Origin: a virus
Taxonomy: Duplodnaviria > Caudoviricetes
Reading direction: 5' to 3' (one strand)
DNA length: 59,759 nucleotides
Virus record (IMG/VR): IMGVR_UViG_3300010267_000001
Span: 1 to 59,759 of that record
Below the pieces are notes generated by a model. The model made no database searches and was not told the origin of the DNA. It worked only from the letters and a program-made list of their open reading frames with translations. The translations under genes and the position numbers were made by a program. Shown here piece by piece: positions 1-9,054 of this stretch. The stretch's first letter is position 1. Every line of letters begins with the position of its first letter.

Positions 1-465
1 CAATATTTTAAAGACCATCCAAGAACATCAATAAGAAGCGTAATTGCTGAAGAATATCTTGATATTAAGTTGCCACAACGTGCAACATCTAAATCGGCAG
101 GATATGATTTTTATAGTCCATTTAGTTTTGAATTAAATCCAGGTGAAACAATAAAAATCCCAACGGGAATTAAAGCATATATGCAAGACGATGAAGTTTT
201 GAAGATACATATAAGAAGCTCGATAGGTTTTAAGTATGATGTTGTATTAAGCAACTCTACAGGGATTATAGATGCCGACTATTTTAATAATCCAAATAAT
301 GAGGGGCATATATGGATAAAATTAATCAATCATGGAGATAAAACTTTGTCAATCAACAAGGGCGAAGCCATCGCTCAGGGAATTTTTGAGAAATACCTAA
401 AAGCAGATAATGATAAACCTGTAAAAGATGAAAGAGTCGGCGGCATAGGTTCTACTAATTCATAA
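1..465 (+). CDS. dut: trimeric dUTPase (5'-truncated by window edge)
   Basis: Motifs SAGYD, RSS, GIIDADY, IAQGIF, RVGGIGST; frame is open back to position 1. Confidence 0.93.
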   Translation, partial: QYFKDHPRTSIRSVIAEEYLDIKLPQRATSKSAGYDFYSPFSFELNPGETIKIPTGIKAYMQDDEVLKIHIRSSIGFKYDVVLSNSTGIIDADYFNNPNNEGHIWIKLINHGDKTLSINKGEAIAQGIFEKYLKADNDKPVKDERVGGIGSTNS

Positions 466-492
466 GGGATAGGCTTTTTGCCTTCCCTTTAT
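465..492 (+). terminator. hairpin / putative intrinsic terminator after dut
   Basis: AAGGGATAGGC-TTTTT-GCCTTCCCTT followed by TAT. Confidence 0.5.
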
Positions 493-508
493 AGAAAGGA
501 TGATACAT

Positions 509-670
509 ATGGCGAAATGTTCTGCAAAGTGTAAATATTATCAAGTTTATGTTGCAAGCAATAATAAAATTAAAGTTGTATGTGTGATAAGAGGACATGA
601 AATTAAGAATATAAAAGAAAAAATGCCTAACATATATTATGATTGTGAGAAGTTTGTATTGAGCAAATAA
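509..670 (+). CDS. small Cys-rich hypothetical protein (53 aa, not in ORF track)
   Basis: RBS AAAGGA; MAKCSAKCKYY...DCEKFVLSK*. Confidence 0.65.
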   Translation: MAKCSAKCKYYQVYVASNNKIKVVCVIRGHEIKNIKEKMPNIYYDCEKFVLSK

Positions 671-692
671 TATTAATATAAAAGGTGATTAT

Positions 693-920
693 ATGAAAAG
701 AATTAAATACGAAGTAGAAATTACATATGATGAAAAGACCGATATGGGATATATATATTTAGTACCTATACAAAAAGTAAAAGTTTCAGATACAAAAGGT
801 AAATATCCTATATTATATGATGTTAATGAAAATAATCAAATACTTGGTATAGAGGTATTTCATGCAACTTTATGTTTTCCAGATGAAATTAAGGAATTAT
901 TTAATGAAAACCAAATTTGA
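693..920 (+). CDS. DUF2283-like small protein
   Basis: ITYDEKTDMGYIYL ... ILYDVNENNQILGIEV pattern. Confidence 0.7.
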   Translation: MKRIKYEVEITYDEKTDMGYIYLVPIQKVKVSDTKGKYPILYDVNENNQILGIEVFHATLCFPDEIKELFNENQI

Positions 921-936
921 TTGAAAGGAGATATAT

Positions 937-1248
937 ATGATGATTAGTGAAAAAGACTATAATAGATTTTTAATGTTAAGAAAAAGATTGTTTAAACAGA
1001 TAGAAAAACAACTAGAAGAAGATGGACATTGCAAATCATATGAAGGATTATTTACCATATCAATAGAATTTAATGATTATTTTGAGCAAGAAGATAATAA
1101 AAGTGAAATAAATTGTTGGACAATTAGTTTAGATTTATACTTAATCGCTCCAAACGGTAGACATCATCTTTGGACAGGAAAAACATTTAAAGAAGCTCTT
1201 GATGCTTGTGAAAAAGATATAAATACATGGATAAACTTTCACAAATAG
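937..1248 (+). CDS. hypothetical protein
   Basis: ORF with AAAGGAG RBS. Confidence 0.75.
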   Translation: MMISEKDYNRFLMLRKRLFKQIEKQLEEDGHCKSYEGLFTISIEFNDYFEQEDNKSEINCWTISLDLYLIAPNGRHHLWTGKTFKEALDACEKDINTWINFHK

Positions 1249-1323
1249 TGTTTATTATATATCAATATAAAATAAATTGTTTAATGAAAACTAAATTTTA
1301 TCAAAAGAAGGTGGAATAAAACA

Positions 1324-1830
1324 ATGAGTAAAAGTGTATATTTAGTAACTGCTGGAAGTTATTCTGATTATCATATTATAAGAGCGTTTTTGGATAAAAA
1401 CAAGGCAGAATCATATATGAAAGTTTGTGATGAGCCAGATTTAAACGAACTTGAAGAATATGAATTGTCAGATGATAAAATATTTACTCCTGTATATTAT
1501 ATTGATGTAGACTATTATATAGGCAAAATTCCATCTTACATAAATGATAAATATAATTTTGAAATTATTAAAAGTAATAGTTTGGATACTGATATAAACA
1601 ATATGAATTTTACATGGTACGTTGATCATGGTACTTATCAATCTATAAGCATATATCGACCTATACATTCTAAAAATTTTAATGAAGACAAGTTAAAGAA
1701 AAAGTATCGTAAAATATGCGAAGATTTAGAAACACAGATTAAATCACTTAAAGAAATAGAAGGTTGGAATGAAAAAATGATTAGGGAATGGCTGGAAAAC
1801 AAACAAAATATAATTCCAGAAAGTGAATAA
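1324..1830 (+). CDS. hypothetical phage protein
   Basis: ORF with RBS; N-terminal VYLVTAGSYSDYHI motif common in phage accessory proteins. Confidence 0.75.
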   Translation: MSKSVYLVTAGSYSDYHIIRAFLDKNKAESYMKVCDEPDLNELEEYELSDDKIFTPVYYIDVDYYIGKIPSYINDKYNFEIIKSNSLDTDINNMNFTWYVDHGTYQSISIYRPIHSKNFNEDKLKKKYRKICEDLETQIKSLKEIEGWNEKMIREWLENKQNIIPESE

Positions 1831-1864
1831 AAGATTCATTTGATTGAAATAGTGGAGGATATAT

Positions 1865-2077
1865 ATGTCAAAAGAACTTAAACTTGTTAGTTTAACGGAT
1901 TTAATTGCTTTGCTTCAGCAGATAGATACATCTGCAATGAATGATTGCTATTTACACAGAAACTATGATACTGGAGAAATGGAATTAAACATTGAACTTC
2001 ATAATATATGTGAAGAAGATTTAACAAAGCTTAGAAGTAGATTAGTAGAAGTTAAGGGTTGTGCGTATTGGGAGTAA
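1865..2077 (+). CDS. hypothetical protein
   Basis: ORF with GGAGG RBS. Confidence 0.7.
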   Translation: MSKELKLVSLTDLIALLQQIDTSAMNDCYLHRNYDTGEMELNIELHNICEEDLTKLRSRLVEVKGCAYWE

Positions 2078-2212
2078 TTTGCTTGATAAGCAAAACTAAA
2101 ATTTAGTTTAAAATTACCACAACCAAATCCACATACAGAATAATGAAACTTGGTTTGTTTTATAAAAAACCACAAATAAATCTGCATACTCAATATTTTC
2201 AGGAGGTCATTT

Positions 2213-2419
2213 ATGAAAATATTAGTTGAAAACGCTCCAAATACATGTTATGAATGTTTGTTTTTAGGTGAAGTAAAAAATAATACTCATTCTGGATGCA
2301 CATTATTAAAAGTTAAGATACCGTTTGAAATAGGAATGACTACAAAACTTGGCAATTGTCCATTATTAGAACATAATACTACGTCAGAAAATTGTTGTCC
2401 ATATAATAAACAAAAATAA
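2213..2419 (+). CDS. Cys-rich hypothetical protein
   Basis: AGGAGGT RBS; CxxC...C...CPL. Confidence 0.7.
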   Translation: MKILVENAPNTCYECLFLGEVKNNTHSGCTLLKVKIPFEIGMTTKLGNCPLLEHNTTSENCCPYNKQK

Positions 2420-2431
2420 TGGAGGTATATT

Positions 2432-2650
2432 ATGGATTACGAAAAACCACCTATAGGGGCATCGCCTTATTGGTACGTATATAAACACAGGATTAAAGAT
2501 TTGAGCGAAGCAATAACTAGATATGCGGAATATAAGTTATTTGATGAACAGTATGCTAAATTAATAAAACAATGGGCTACAGAAATAATATTGTGTTGTG
2601 ATAATTATATAAAAACTAGAGAAATAGAAAAAGAACTTGATAATTCATGA
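2432..2650 (+). CDS. hypothetical protein
   Basis: GGAGGT RBS. Confidence 0.7.
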   Translation: MDYEKPPIGASPYWYVYKHRIKDLSEAITRYAEYKLFDEQYAKLIKQWATEIILCCDNYIKTREIEKELDNS

Positions 2651-3204
2651 AAGGTGAGAAATATATGATGTTAAACAATAAACAAATTGCAGAAATTAAA
2701 GAATATTTTACTCGTAGTATGAAAGTTACAACATCGTCACTTATTCCAAGAATATCTAAGCATGGTCTTGACTTGATAAATACCATTGAAGTTCTGGAAC
2801 AGGAAAATAAACAGTTGCAAACAAAACTCAAAGATTGGAAATATGAAACACAATGTCATATAGACGAAGTAATTGCAAGAGAAAAAGAAATAGAACGTTT
2901 GCGGATTCAGATAGCAAGTATGAAAAAGGCACTTAATTTAATTTTAGGCTATAGTAAAAATGGATGTATATATTTTATAGAAGAAATAGCAAAAGAAGCA
3001 TTATCTGAAGATGTTACAGAAAAATACCACAATCCTGCTGATATAACTCTACTAAGAAAAGCAAAAGATTGCTTAAAACAGGGAATAAAGCAATTAGAAA
3101 AATATATTAATCGTTTTGAACAAACGCCTGAAGAAGATGCTTGTATTGAAATGCATGAAACTGTATTGGAAATAGATAAGATATTAGGGGAAATGGATAA
3201 GTGA
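2647..3204 (+). CDS. hypothetical coiled-coil protein
   Basis: ORF; true start probably 2665 after AAAGGTG. Confidence 0.7.
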   Translation: MKGEKYMMLNNKQIAEIKEYFTRSMKVTTSSLIPRISKHGLDLINTIEVLEQENKQLQTKLKDWKYETQCHIDEVIAREKEIERLRIQIASMKKALNLILGYSKNGCIYFIEEIAKEALSEDVTEKYHNPADITLLRKAKDCLKQGIKQLEKYINRFEQTPEEDACIEMHETVLEIDKILGEMDK

Positions 3205-3404
3205 ATTTTGAAGAAGCAAGAACACTAATTGATGAATTGCACAGAGAAAATCGAATAACCGATAATGAATATAATACTCTAAGAGACTGTATTGACGAAG
3301 CAGAAAATAAATTAGACACCTTATTATCGCTTGTTCAATATCATATTGACGAATTAGAAGATATTGCAAAAAATGCAAGACGTGCTTTGAGAGGAATGTT
3401 TTAA
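3201..3404 (+). CDS. hypothetical protein
   Basis: GTG start overlapping upstream stop region, AGGGGA RBS. Confidence 0.65.
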   Translation: MNFEEARTLIDELHRENRITDNEYNTLRDCIDEAENKLDTLLSLVQYHIDELEDIAKNARRALRGMF

Positions 3405-3453
3405 TACAATAGAGAGTTTTACAAAATATAAGTATAAAGGTGAGGTAAATATA

Positions 3454-4353
3454 ATGGAATTATGGCAGTTACGACAATTTCAAAGTTTACCCTTAGAAGT
3501 TAAGATTGAAAAATCTAAACTAAGAATAAGAGAATGGTATGAAGCGTGGGACGGGAATGTATACATAAGTTTTTCAGGAGGAAAAGATAGTACAGTTTTA
3601 TTACATATTGTTAGAGAATTATATCCCAAAGTTCCTGCTGTATTTGTAGATACTGGATTAGAATATCCCGAAATACGAGAATTTGTTAAAACAATAGATA
3701 ATGTTGTTTGGCTAAAACCTAAAATAAGTTTTAGAGAAGTTATTAAAAAATATGGTTATCCTGTAATCAGTAAAGAACAAGCAGGATGGATTAAAGATTA
3801 TCAAATTGGGAAAACAGAAAAAAGAAAAAATCGAATTAATAAAGTAAGTAAAAAATGGCAGTTTTTAAAAGATGCACCTTTTAAAATATCTGATGACTGT
3901 TGTAATGTATTAAAGAAAAATCCAGTAAAAGTTTACGAAAAAGAAAACAAACGATACCCATTTATTGGAAAATTAGCAGAAGAAAGTTATAAAAGAATCC
4001 AAGATTATTTGAAAACTGGGTGTAATGCTTTTAAAGCAAAAAGACCAGTTAGTAATCCTCTAGGATTTTGGACGGAACAAGATATATTAAAATACATAAA
4101 AGAATTTAATATACCTTATGCTAGTATATATGGAGAAATATTACAAGACGAAAGAGGTAAATACTATACTACAGGAGAGCAAAGAACAGGATGCATGTTT
4201 TGCATGTTTGGAGTACATTTAGAAAAAGAACCTAATAGATTTCAAAGAATGAAAATAACTCATCCTAAAATATATGAATATTGTATGAAACCAATAGAAG
4301 AAGGTGGGTTAGGATTAAGCAAAGTTTTAGATTACATAGGTGTAAAATATTAA
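3454..4353 (+). CDS. phosphoadenosine phosphosulfate reductase family protein (phage type)
   Basis: PP-loop SFSGGKDSTVL, DTGLEYPE, CC..LKK, RTGCMFC. Confidence 0.9.
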   Translation: MELWQLRQFQSLPLEVKIEKSKLRIREWYEAWDGNVYISFSGGKDSTVLLHIVRELYPKVPAVFVDTGLEYPEIREFVKTIDNVVWLKPKISFREVIKKYGYPVISKEQAGWIKDYQIGKTEKRKNRINKVSKKWQFLKDAPFKISDDCCNVLKKNPVKVYEKENKRYPFIGKLAEESYKRIQDYLKTGCNAFKAKRPVSNPLGFWTEQDILKYIKEFNIPYASIYGEILQDERGKYYTTGEQRTGCMFCMFGVHLEKEPNRFQRMKITHPKIYEYCMKPIEEGGLGLSKVLDYIGVKY

Positions 4354-4374
4354 TATAATACTATGGGGGTATAT

Positions 4375-4660
4375 ATGACTGTCAAAGAAAAATTTAGATG
4401 AAGGGTATAATGCAAAATATAATTGTTGTGGATATGATTGCAATTGGTATGCTCCTGCCTTTAGGATAACTAAAGAAATTGATTTAGGTTATTATTCTTG
4501 AAAAGGACTTCAAAGAGATTATTGGGAATATAAAGAGAAATTTGATATTATGATTGCTGAAAACGCAGAAGAATTAGAAAGATTAGAAAAAGAAAGAATC
4601 AAAAAGCAATTAGAAGAACAAATTATTATGCTTCAGAAACGTCTTGAAAGTTTACAATAA
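4375..4660 (+). pseudogene. degraded gene: start out of frame and internal TGA
   Basis: ATG 4375 stops after 8 codons; a shifted frame reads LDEGYNAKYNCCGYDCNWYAPAFRITKEIDLGYYS*KGLQRDYWEYKEKF...LESLQ* with TGA at 4499-4501. Confidence 0.65.
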
Positions 4661-4708
4661 AATAGGAATTTTATCAAAAATATTAATATAAAAGTTTGGT
4701 GGTGAATT

Positions 4709-4909
4709 ATGAAAATTAAAATTATAAAAAGCGATGGATATGAATGGTATAAAGACTGTATAGGTAAAGAATTTATAGTTCAATCTGAAAGTAGAAAGAG
4801 TGGTAAAGGTAAATATGTTGTAAGATTGAATAAAGAAGATAGATACTTAATGAATGGATATAATTATGGGTGGGTTTTAAAAGAACATTGTGAGGTAATT
4901 GAAATATGA
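4709..4909 (+). CDS. hypothetical protein
   Basis: ORF with GGTGGTG RBS. Confidence 0.7.
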   Translation: MKIKIIKSDGYEWYKDCIGKEFIVQSESRKSGKGKYVVRLNKEDRYLMNGYNYGWVLKEHCEVIEI

Positions 4910-5097
4910 TAAGAAATGGAATTAATTTTATGCTTAAACCTCAAAAAAATCTAAAGTGTCCTATATGTGGTAAAAAGTGTTATTTACATGAAAGAACAGG
5001 CAATTATGCTTGTATAGATTCTAATTGTGATTTTGCTATAGGATCAAAGGAATATTACCTAAAATTATTTAGGAGGCGTATTTATGAATATAAATGA
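4906..5097 (+). CDS. small zinc-ribbon protein
   Basis: CPICG...C...C; ATGA overlap with upstream gene. Confidence 0.65.
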   Translation: MIRNGINFMLKPQKNLKCPICGKKCYLHERTGNYACIDSNCDFAIGSKEYYLKLFRRRIYEYK

Positions 5098-5422
5098 AAA
5101 AATAAATTTAACTATCAATTCACACATAACTAAAAATTGCGAAAAATTATTTATTGAAGATATTCAAAAAGTAGAAGTAAAAGAACGTTCTAAACTACAA
5201 GATGCTAAATATATAATATTATTTTTGTCTATACAACTTAAATCAGAGCCTATTTTAGATTATAGAAACAAAAATGAAATTTATATAACTATTTCTCCTA
5301 AAATTAAATCATATACAATTTTTAGGTCTGAAGAAAACTATAATAAGTATATTGAAGAAGAGTTAAATGATAATGATTTATATTTAAGTTGCAATGTTGT
5401 TAATGGAAAAATAATAATATAA
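5084..5422 (+). CDS. hypothetical protein
   Basis: AGGAGG RBS. Confidence 0.7.
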   Translation: MNINEKINLTINSHITKNCEKLFIEDIQKVEVKERSKLQDAKYIILFLSIQLKSEPILDYRNKNEIYITISPKIKSYTIFRSEENYNKYIEEELNDNDLYLSCNVVNGKIII

Positions 5423-5445
5423 AATTAAGGTGGTGCTAGCATCAA

Positions 5446-6213
5446 TTGCTTGAAATAAACAAAATATATAATATGGATTGTATTGAAGGAATGAAATACA
5501 TAGATGATAAAAGCATAGATATGATTCTATGTGATTTACCATATGGAGTTAGCAAATGTAATTGGGATAAAACTATTCCTCTAAACCCATTATGGGAGCA
5601 ATATAGTAGAATTATTAAAAACAATGGTGTCATAGTTTTGTTCGGTAATGAACCTTTTAGTAGTTATTTGCGAATAAGTAATATTAAATTTTATAGATAT
5701 GATTGGATATGGAAAAAAAGTAGACCAACAGGATTTTTAAATGCTAAAAAAATTCCATTGAAAGAGCATGAAAATATAATGGTTTTTTATAAAAAATTAC
5801 CTATTTACAATCCACAAGGTATTGTTGTTGGGAATTTTAATAATTTCAGAAAAGCTAAATTAAATAAAAATAATGATATTTATGGTAAAGAAAAAGAGTT
5901 TGGAATATCTAAAATAGGTAATTATCCTACTACTATATTGGAATTTCCAAGTGTAACAAACAAAGAACGAGTTCATGAAACCCAAAAACCTGTAGCATTA
6001 TGTGAATATTTAATTAAAACTTATACTAATGAAAATAACATAGTTTTAGATAATTGTATAGGCTCAGGTACAACTGCTATAGCTTGTATAAATACTAATC
6101 GTAATTACATAGGCTTTGAATTGGATAAAAAATATTACGAAATTGCAAAAGATAGGATAAATAAGCATATTTTAGATAATAATTTGCAGAATAGATATAG
6201 TTTAATTGCATAA
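5446..6213 (+). CDS. N6-adenine/N4-cytosine DNA methyltransferase (beta class)
   Basis: DLPY motif IV, HETQKPV, DNCIGSGTT motif I. Confidence 0.92.
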   Translation: MLEINKIYNMDCIEGMKYIDDKSIDMILCDLPYGVSKCNWDKTIPLNPLWEQYSRIIKNNGVIVLFGNEPFSSYLRISNIKFYRYDWIWKKSRPTGFLNAKKIPLKEHENIMVFYKKLPIYNPQGIVVGNFNNFRKAKLNKNNDIYGKEKEFGISKIGNYPTTILEFPSVTNKERVHETQKPVALCEYLIKTYTNENNIVLDNCIGSGTTAIACINTNRNYIGFELDKKYYEIAKDRINKHILDNNLQNRYSLIA

Positions 6214-6313
6214 TATTTAAATAAAACTGCGATTTTATTTAAAATAAAATATTTATAAAAAACACAAAAAAAACAATTCAATAAAATATAAATATAAAAT
6301 AGGGGAAGTATGT

Positions 6314-7360
6314 ATGTATAAGTATCCAATAGCTTTAACTCAACAATTTAAGTTTTGTGGAAACCCATTCAGAATTGATACATATAAAGGATGTAATTTT
6401 GGGTGTAAATATTGTTATGCTAATTCAAGAAATGGGAACTATTCAAGTGATTTTGATGTTGCTGATTTTAATATTATAGAAAAGTTATTTTATAAGGCAT
6501 TTGATACGCAAAAAGCATATAAAGATATAAATATTGAATTACTAAGACATAAAGTGCCATTACATTTGGGAGGTATGTCAGACCCATTCCAAGATAGAGA
6601 GTGGGAATATGGCTTAACTTATAAGTTTTTACAATTAACTAACAAATATAATTATCCAGTGATGATTTCTACAAAATGTGCTAATTTACCTGAAAAATAC
6701 TGGAATATATTAAATCCTAATATTCATGCTTTTCAAATTAGCTTAATTGGATTTAATGATAATTTTATTAAAGTACACGAAATTAATACTCCAACTGCTA
6801 CAAAAAGAATAGAATTTATTAAGCTATTACATAATAAAGAATTTTGGGTAGGATTGCGTATTCAACCTTTGATTGATATTTATGAAGCAATTTCACTTAT
6901 TAAAAATGTAGAAGATTATATTAACTATATTACTATAGAACATTTAAAAATACCTAAAGATAATAAAACAGTATTTGATACATACAATAAAATTCTCAAT
7001 GTAAAAGAAAATTATTATGATTATGGAAGAAGAAACTATGAATTAAAGAAAGAAATAAAAGAAAAGAATGTGCAACAAATTAAAAATATTACAAAAATTC
7101 CTGTGGGAGTAGGCGATAATGATTTACATAAACTTACAGATACTAGATGTTGCTGTGGTATAGATACAATAAACGAAAACTTTAATAATTGGATGAAATA
7201 TAATGAAACATATTTTGTAACTGGGAATTACTACAAAGATGGAATATGGTATCCAAAATCGAATTGTAGAAATTGTTTTAATAGTAACATGAGAGTATCT
7301 GATAAGTTTAAAACAGTAAAAGATTATGTTGATTATTATATGCAAAAAATTAATACATAA
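6314..7360 (+). CDS. radical SAM protein (SplB-like phage family)
   Basis: DTYKGCNFGCKYCYA CxxxCxxC; GGMSDPFQ; STK; RIQP; C-terminal CCCG. Confidence 0.88.
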   Translation: MYKYPIALTQQFKFCGNPFRIDTYKGCNFGCKYCYANSRNGNYSSDFDVADFNIIEKLFYKAFDTQKAYKDINIELLRHKVPLHLGGMSDPFQDREWEYGLTYKFLQLTNKYNYPVMISTKCANLPEKYWNILNPNIHAFQISLIGFNDNFIKVHEINTPTATKRIEFIKLLHNKEFWVGLRIQPLIDIYEAISLIKNVEDYINYITIEHLKIPKDNKTVFDTYNKILNVKENYYDYGRRNYELKKEIKEKNVQQIKNITKIPVGVGDNDLHKLTDTRCCCGIDTINENFNNWMKYNETYFVTGNYYKDGIWYPKSNCRNCFNSNMRVSDKFKTVKDYVDYYMQKINT

Positions 7361-7423
7361 TATTAAAATAAAAGTGTCATTTTATTTTGAACAAAATATA
7401 AATATAAAAGCGAGGTAGATAAT

Positions 7424-8149
7424 TTGATTGTATGTTACAAATGTGGTGTTTCAGATGGAGAAGCCAAATTGTATAGTACATTTGGTAAATACATATGTAA
7501 AAAATGTTTAGACAAAAGAAAAACAGGCAGACAAGGACATAGTGGAATGATATACGATCCAAATGTTAAGGAAGAAGATTTTTATGATAATAGTATAGCA
7601 AATAAAAAACTATATTTAAAACAAGTTCCTAAAAGCCATAAATTGTTTGTTAAATGGTTTATAGAACATTATCCTGAAAGCAAGGGAATAGTAGGTAGAC
7701 AAATAAATTTTTTAATATACTCTTATGGAAAACCAATTGGTATTATAGGCTTTGCTTCTCCACCTTTGAATTATAAAAAGTTTAATGAATTTTTTAATTT
7801 AGATGAAAAGCAAAAACCAAGTGAAAATGCAAAATTGTTTTTAAATAATAATGTTTTTAGAATAGTACATACAGAAAAAAATTTAGGAACACAAGTTTTA
7901 AAATTAGCAAGACAACAAGTCTATGATATTTACAAAGAAAAGTATAATCAAGAATTATTAGGCTTAGTTACTTTTGTAGAACCTCCACGAACAGGAGCTT
8001 TATATAAAGCTGATAATTGGATTTATATAGGAGAAACACAGGGAATTGAGGTAAAACGCAGGGGTGATACATGGATAGAAAAGTCTTATATGCAAGGCGA
8101 TAAAAAATACATATATGGTTATAAATATAAAAACAAAAATATATATTGA
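7424..8149 (+). CDS. DUF4338 / Mom-like GNAT-fold protein with N-terminal zinc finger
   Basis: GRQINFLI..GIIGFASP, NNNVFRI, LVTFVEP, GALYKADNW.YIGETQG; N-terminal CxxC...CxxC. Confidence 0.75.
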   Translation: MIVCYKCGVSDGEAKLYSTFGKYICKKCLDKRKTGRQGHSGMIYDPNVKEEDFYDNSIANKKLYLKQVPKSHKLFVKWFIEHYPESKGIVGRQINFLIYSYGKPIGIIGFASPPLNYKKFNEFFNLDEKQKPSENAKLFLNNNVFRIVHTEKNLGTQVLKLARQQVYDIYKEKYNQELLGLVTFVEPPRTGALYKADNWIYIGETQGIEVKRRGDTWIEKSYMQGDKKYIYGYKYKNKNIY

Positions 8150-8174
8150 TTATTATAAAAATAAGACATATAAT
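8146..8174 (+). promoter_or_regulatory. sigma-A-type promoter
   Basis: TTGATT-17-TATAAT. Confidence 0.6.
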
Positions 8175-8199
8175 TATTATAAGATAGGAGGTGTAATAT

Positions 8200-8346
8200 A
8201 TGCAAGTTTGTGAAATATGTGGTGAACTAACAGAAAATTATTCTACTTGTGATTCATGTGAAGCCATTTATTGTATTGAACATTTAGGAGAATTTAATGA
8301 ATGTCCTATATGTGAACATGAACACACTATTAAAGAAAATTTCTAA
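8200..8346 (+). CDS. 48-aa zinc-finger protein (not in ORF track)
   Basis: AGGAGGTG RBS; MQVCEICG..CDSC..YCIEH..CPIC. Confidence 0.75.
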   Translation: MQVCEICGELTENYSTCDSCEAIYCIEHLGEFNECPICEHEHTIKENF

Positions 8347-8460
8347 TCAGTGAAGATATTGATGTTGTCAACAATTTAAAAACAGGCTTTTATAATATAT
8401 AAGAGATTGATATAAAATATTAAAATAAAAGTTTGACTTTATTCAAATCGGAGGTTAAAT

Positions 8461-8778
8461 ATGACCAATATATTATGGGTATTATTAGCGCATTACATAG
8501 CAGATTATCCACTACAAGGCGATTTTCTAGCACAAACAAAAGGTAAGTATTGGTATAGCTTGCTAGCACATTCTATTATATATGGCTTAACTATTGCATT
8601 ATGTTACAAATTAATAGGTGTGTTCGCTATATGGAAAGCAATAGTATTAATAGGGAGTCATATGATAATAGATTATAAAAAAGCAACAGCTAAGAATAAA
8701 GATAAAGCATTAACTACATATCTATATATTGACCAAATTTTGCATCTTATTATTAATATAATTTTGTTATTAATATAA
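8461..8778 (+). CDS. DUF3307-like membrane protein
   Basis: AHYIADYPLQ, HSIIY, SHMIID, IDQILH His-rich transmembrane motifs. Confidence 0.85.
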   Translation: MTNILWVLLAHYIADYPLQGDFLAQTKGKYWYSLLAHSIIYGLTIALCYKLIGVFAIWKAIVLIGSHMIIDYKKATAKNKDKALTTYLYIDQILHLIINIILLLI

Positions 8779-8795
8779 ATTAAGAAGGTGATTAT

Positions 8796-8987
8796 ATGTG
8801 TTTAGAATGTCTACATACTCCATGCCATCCACGTTGCCCAAATGCACCAGACCCACCTGTAGTATATTATTGCGACTTATGTAACGAAGAAATACGAGAA
8901 GGTGACGATTATTATGATTTTGGCGAAGAAAAATATTGTTATGATTGTGTACAAGAAGCATTTAGAACAGCAGAAGTAGAAGAATAA
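8796..8987 (+). CDS. small zinc-binding protein
   Basis: CxxC..CHPRCPN..CDLC..YCYDC. Confidence 0.75.
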   Translation: MCLECLHTPCHPRCPNAPDPPVVYYCDLCNEEIREGDDYYDFGEEKYCYDCVQEAFRTAEVEE

Positions 8988-9003
8988 AATTCAAGATATA
9001 CTA

Positions 9004-9032
9004 TTGACAAAATATTAATATAAAATTATAAT
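9004..9032 (+). promoter_or_regulatory. consensus sigma-A promoter with AATATTAATATAAAA motif in spacer
   Basis: TTGACA(9004)-17-TATAAT(9027). Confidence 0.85.
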
Positions 9033-9054
9033 GATTATTAAGGAGGATATAAAT

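Noticed and set aside
2143-2160. Further weak dyad copies (2143, about 3405, 25008, 46499, RusA truncation junction at about 49376-49393)
   Set aside because: Two or more arm mismatches or wrong spacing; cannot be told from AT-rich background by eye
4499-4501. Stop-codon reassignment linked to the release-factor-like gene
   Set aside because: All three stop codons terminate intact genes across the window; a single internal TGA in an already damaged gene is not evidence
7424-8149. Druantia anti-phage system
   Set aside because: Only a DruA/DUF4338-like gene is present; no DruE helicase or other components
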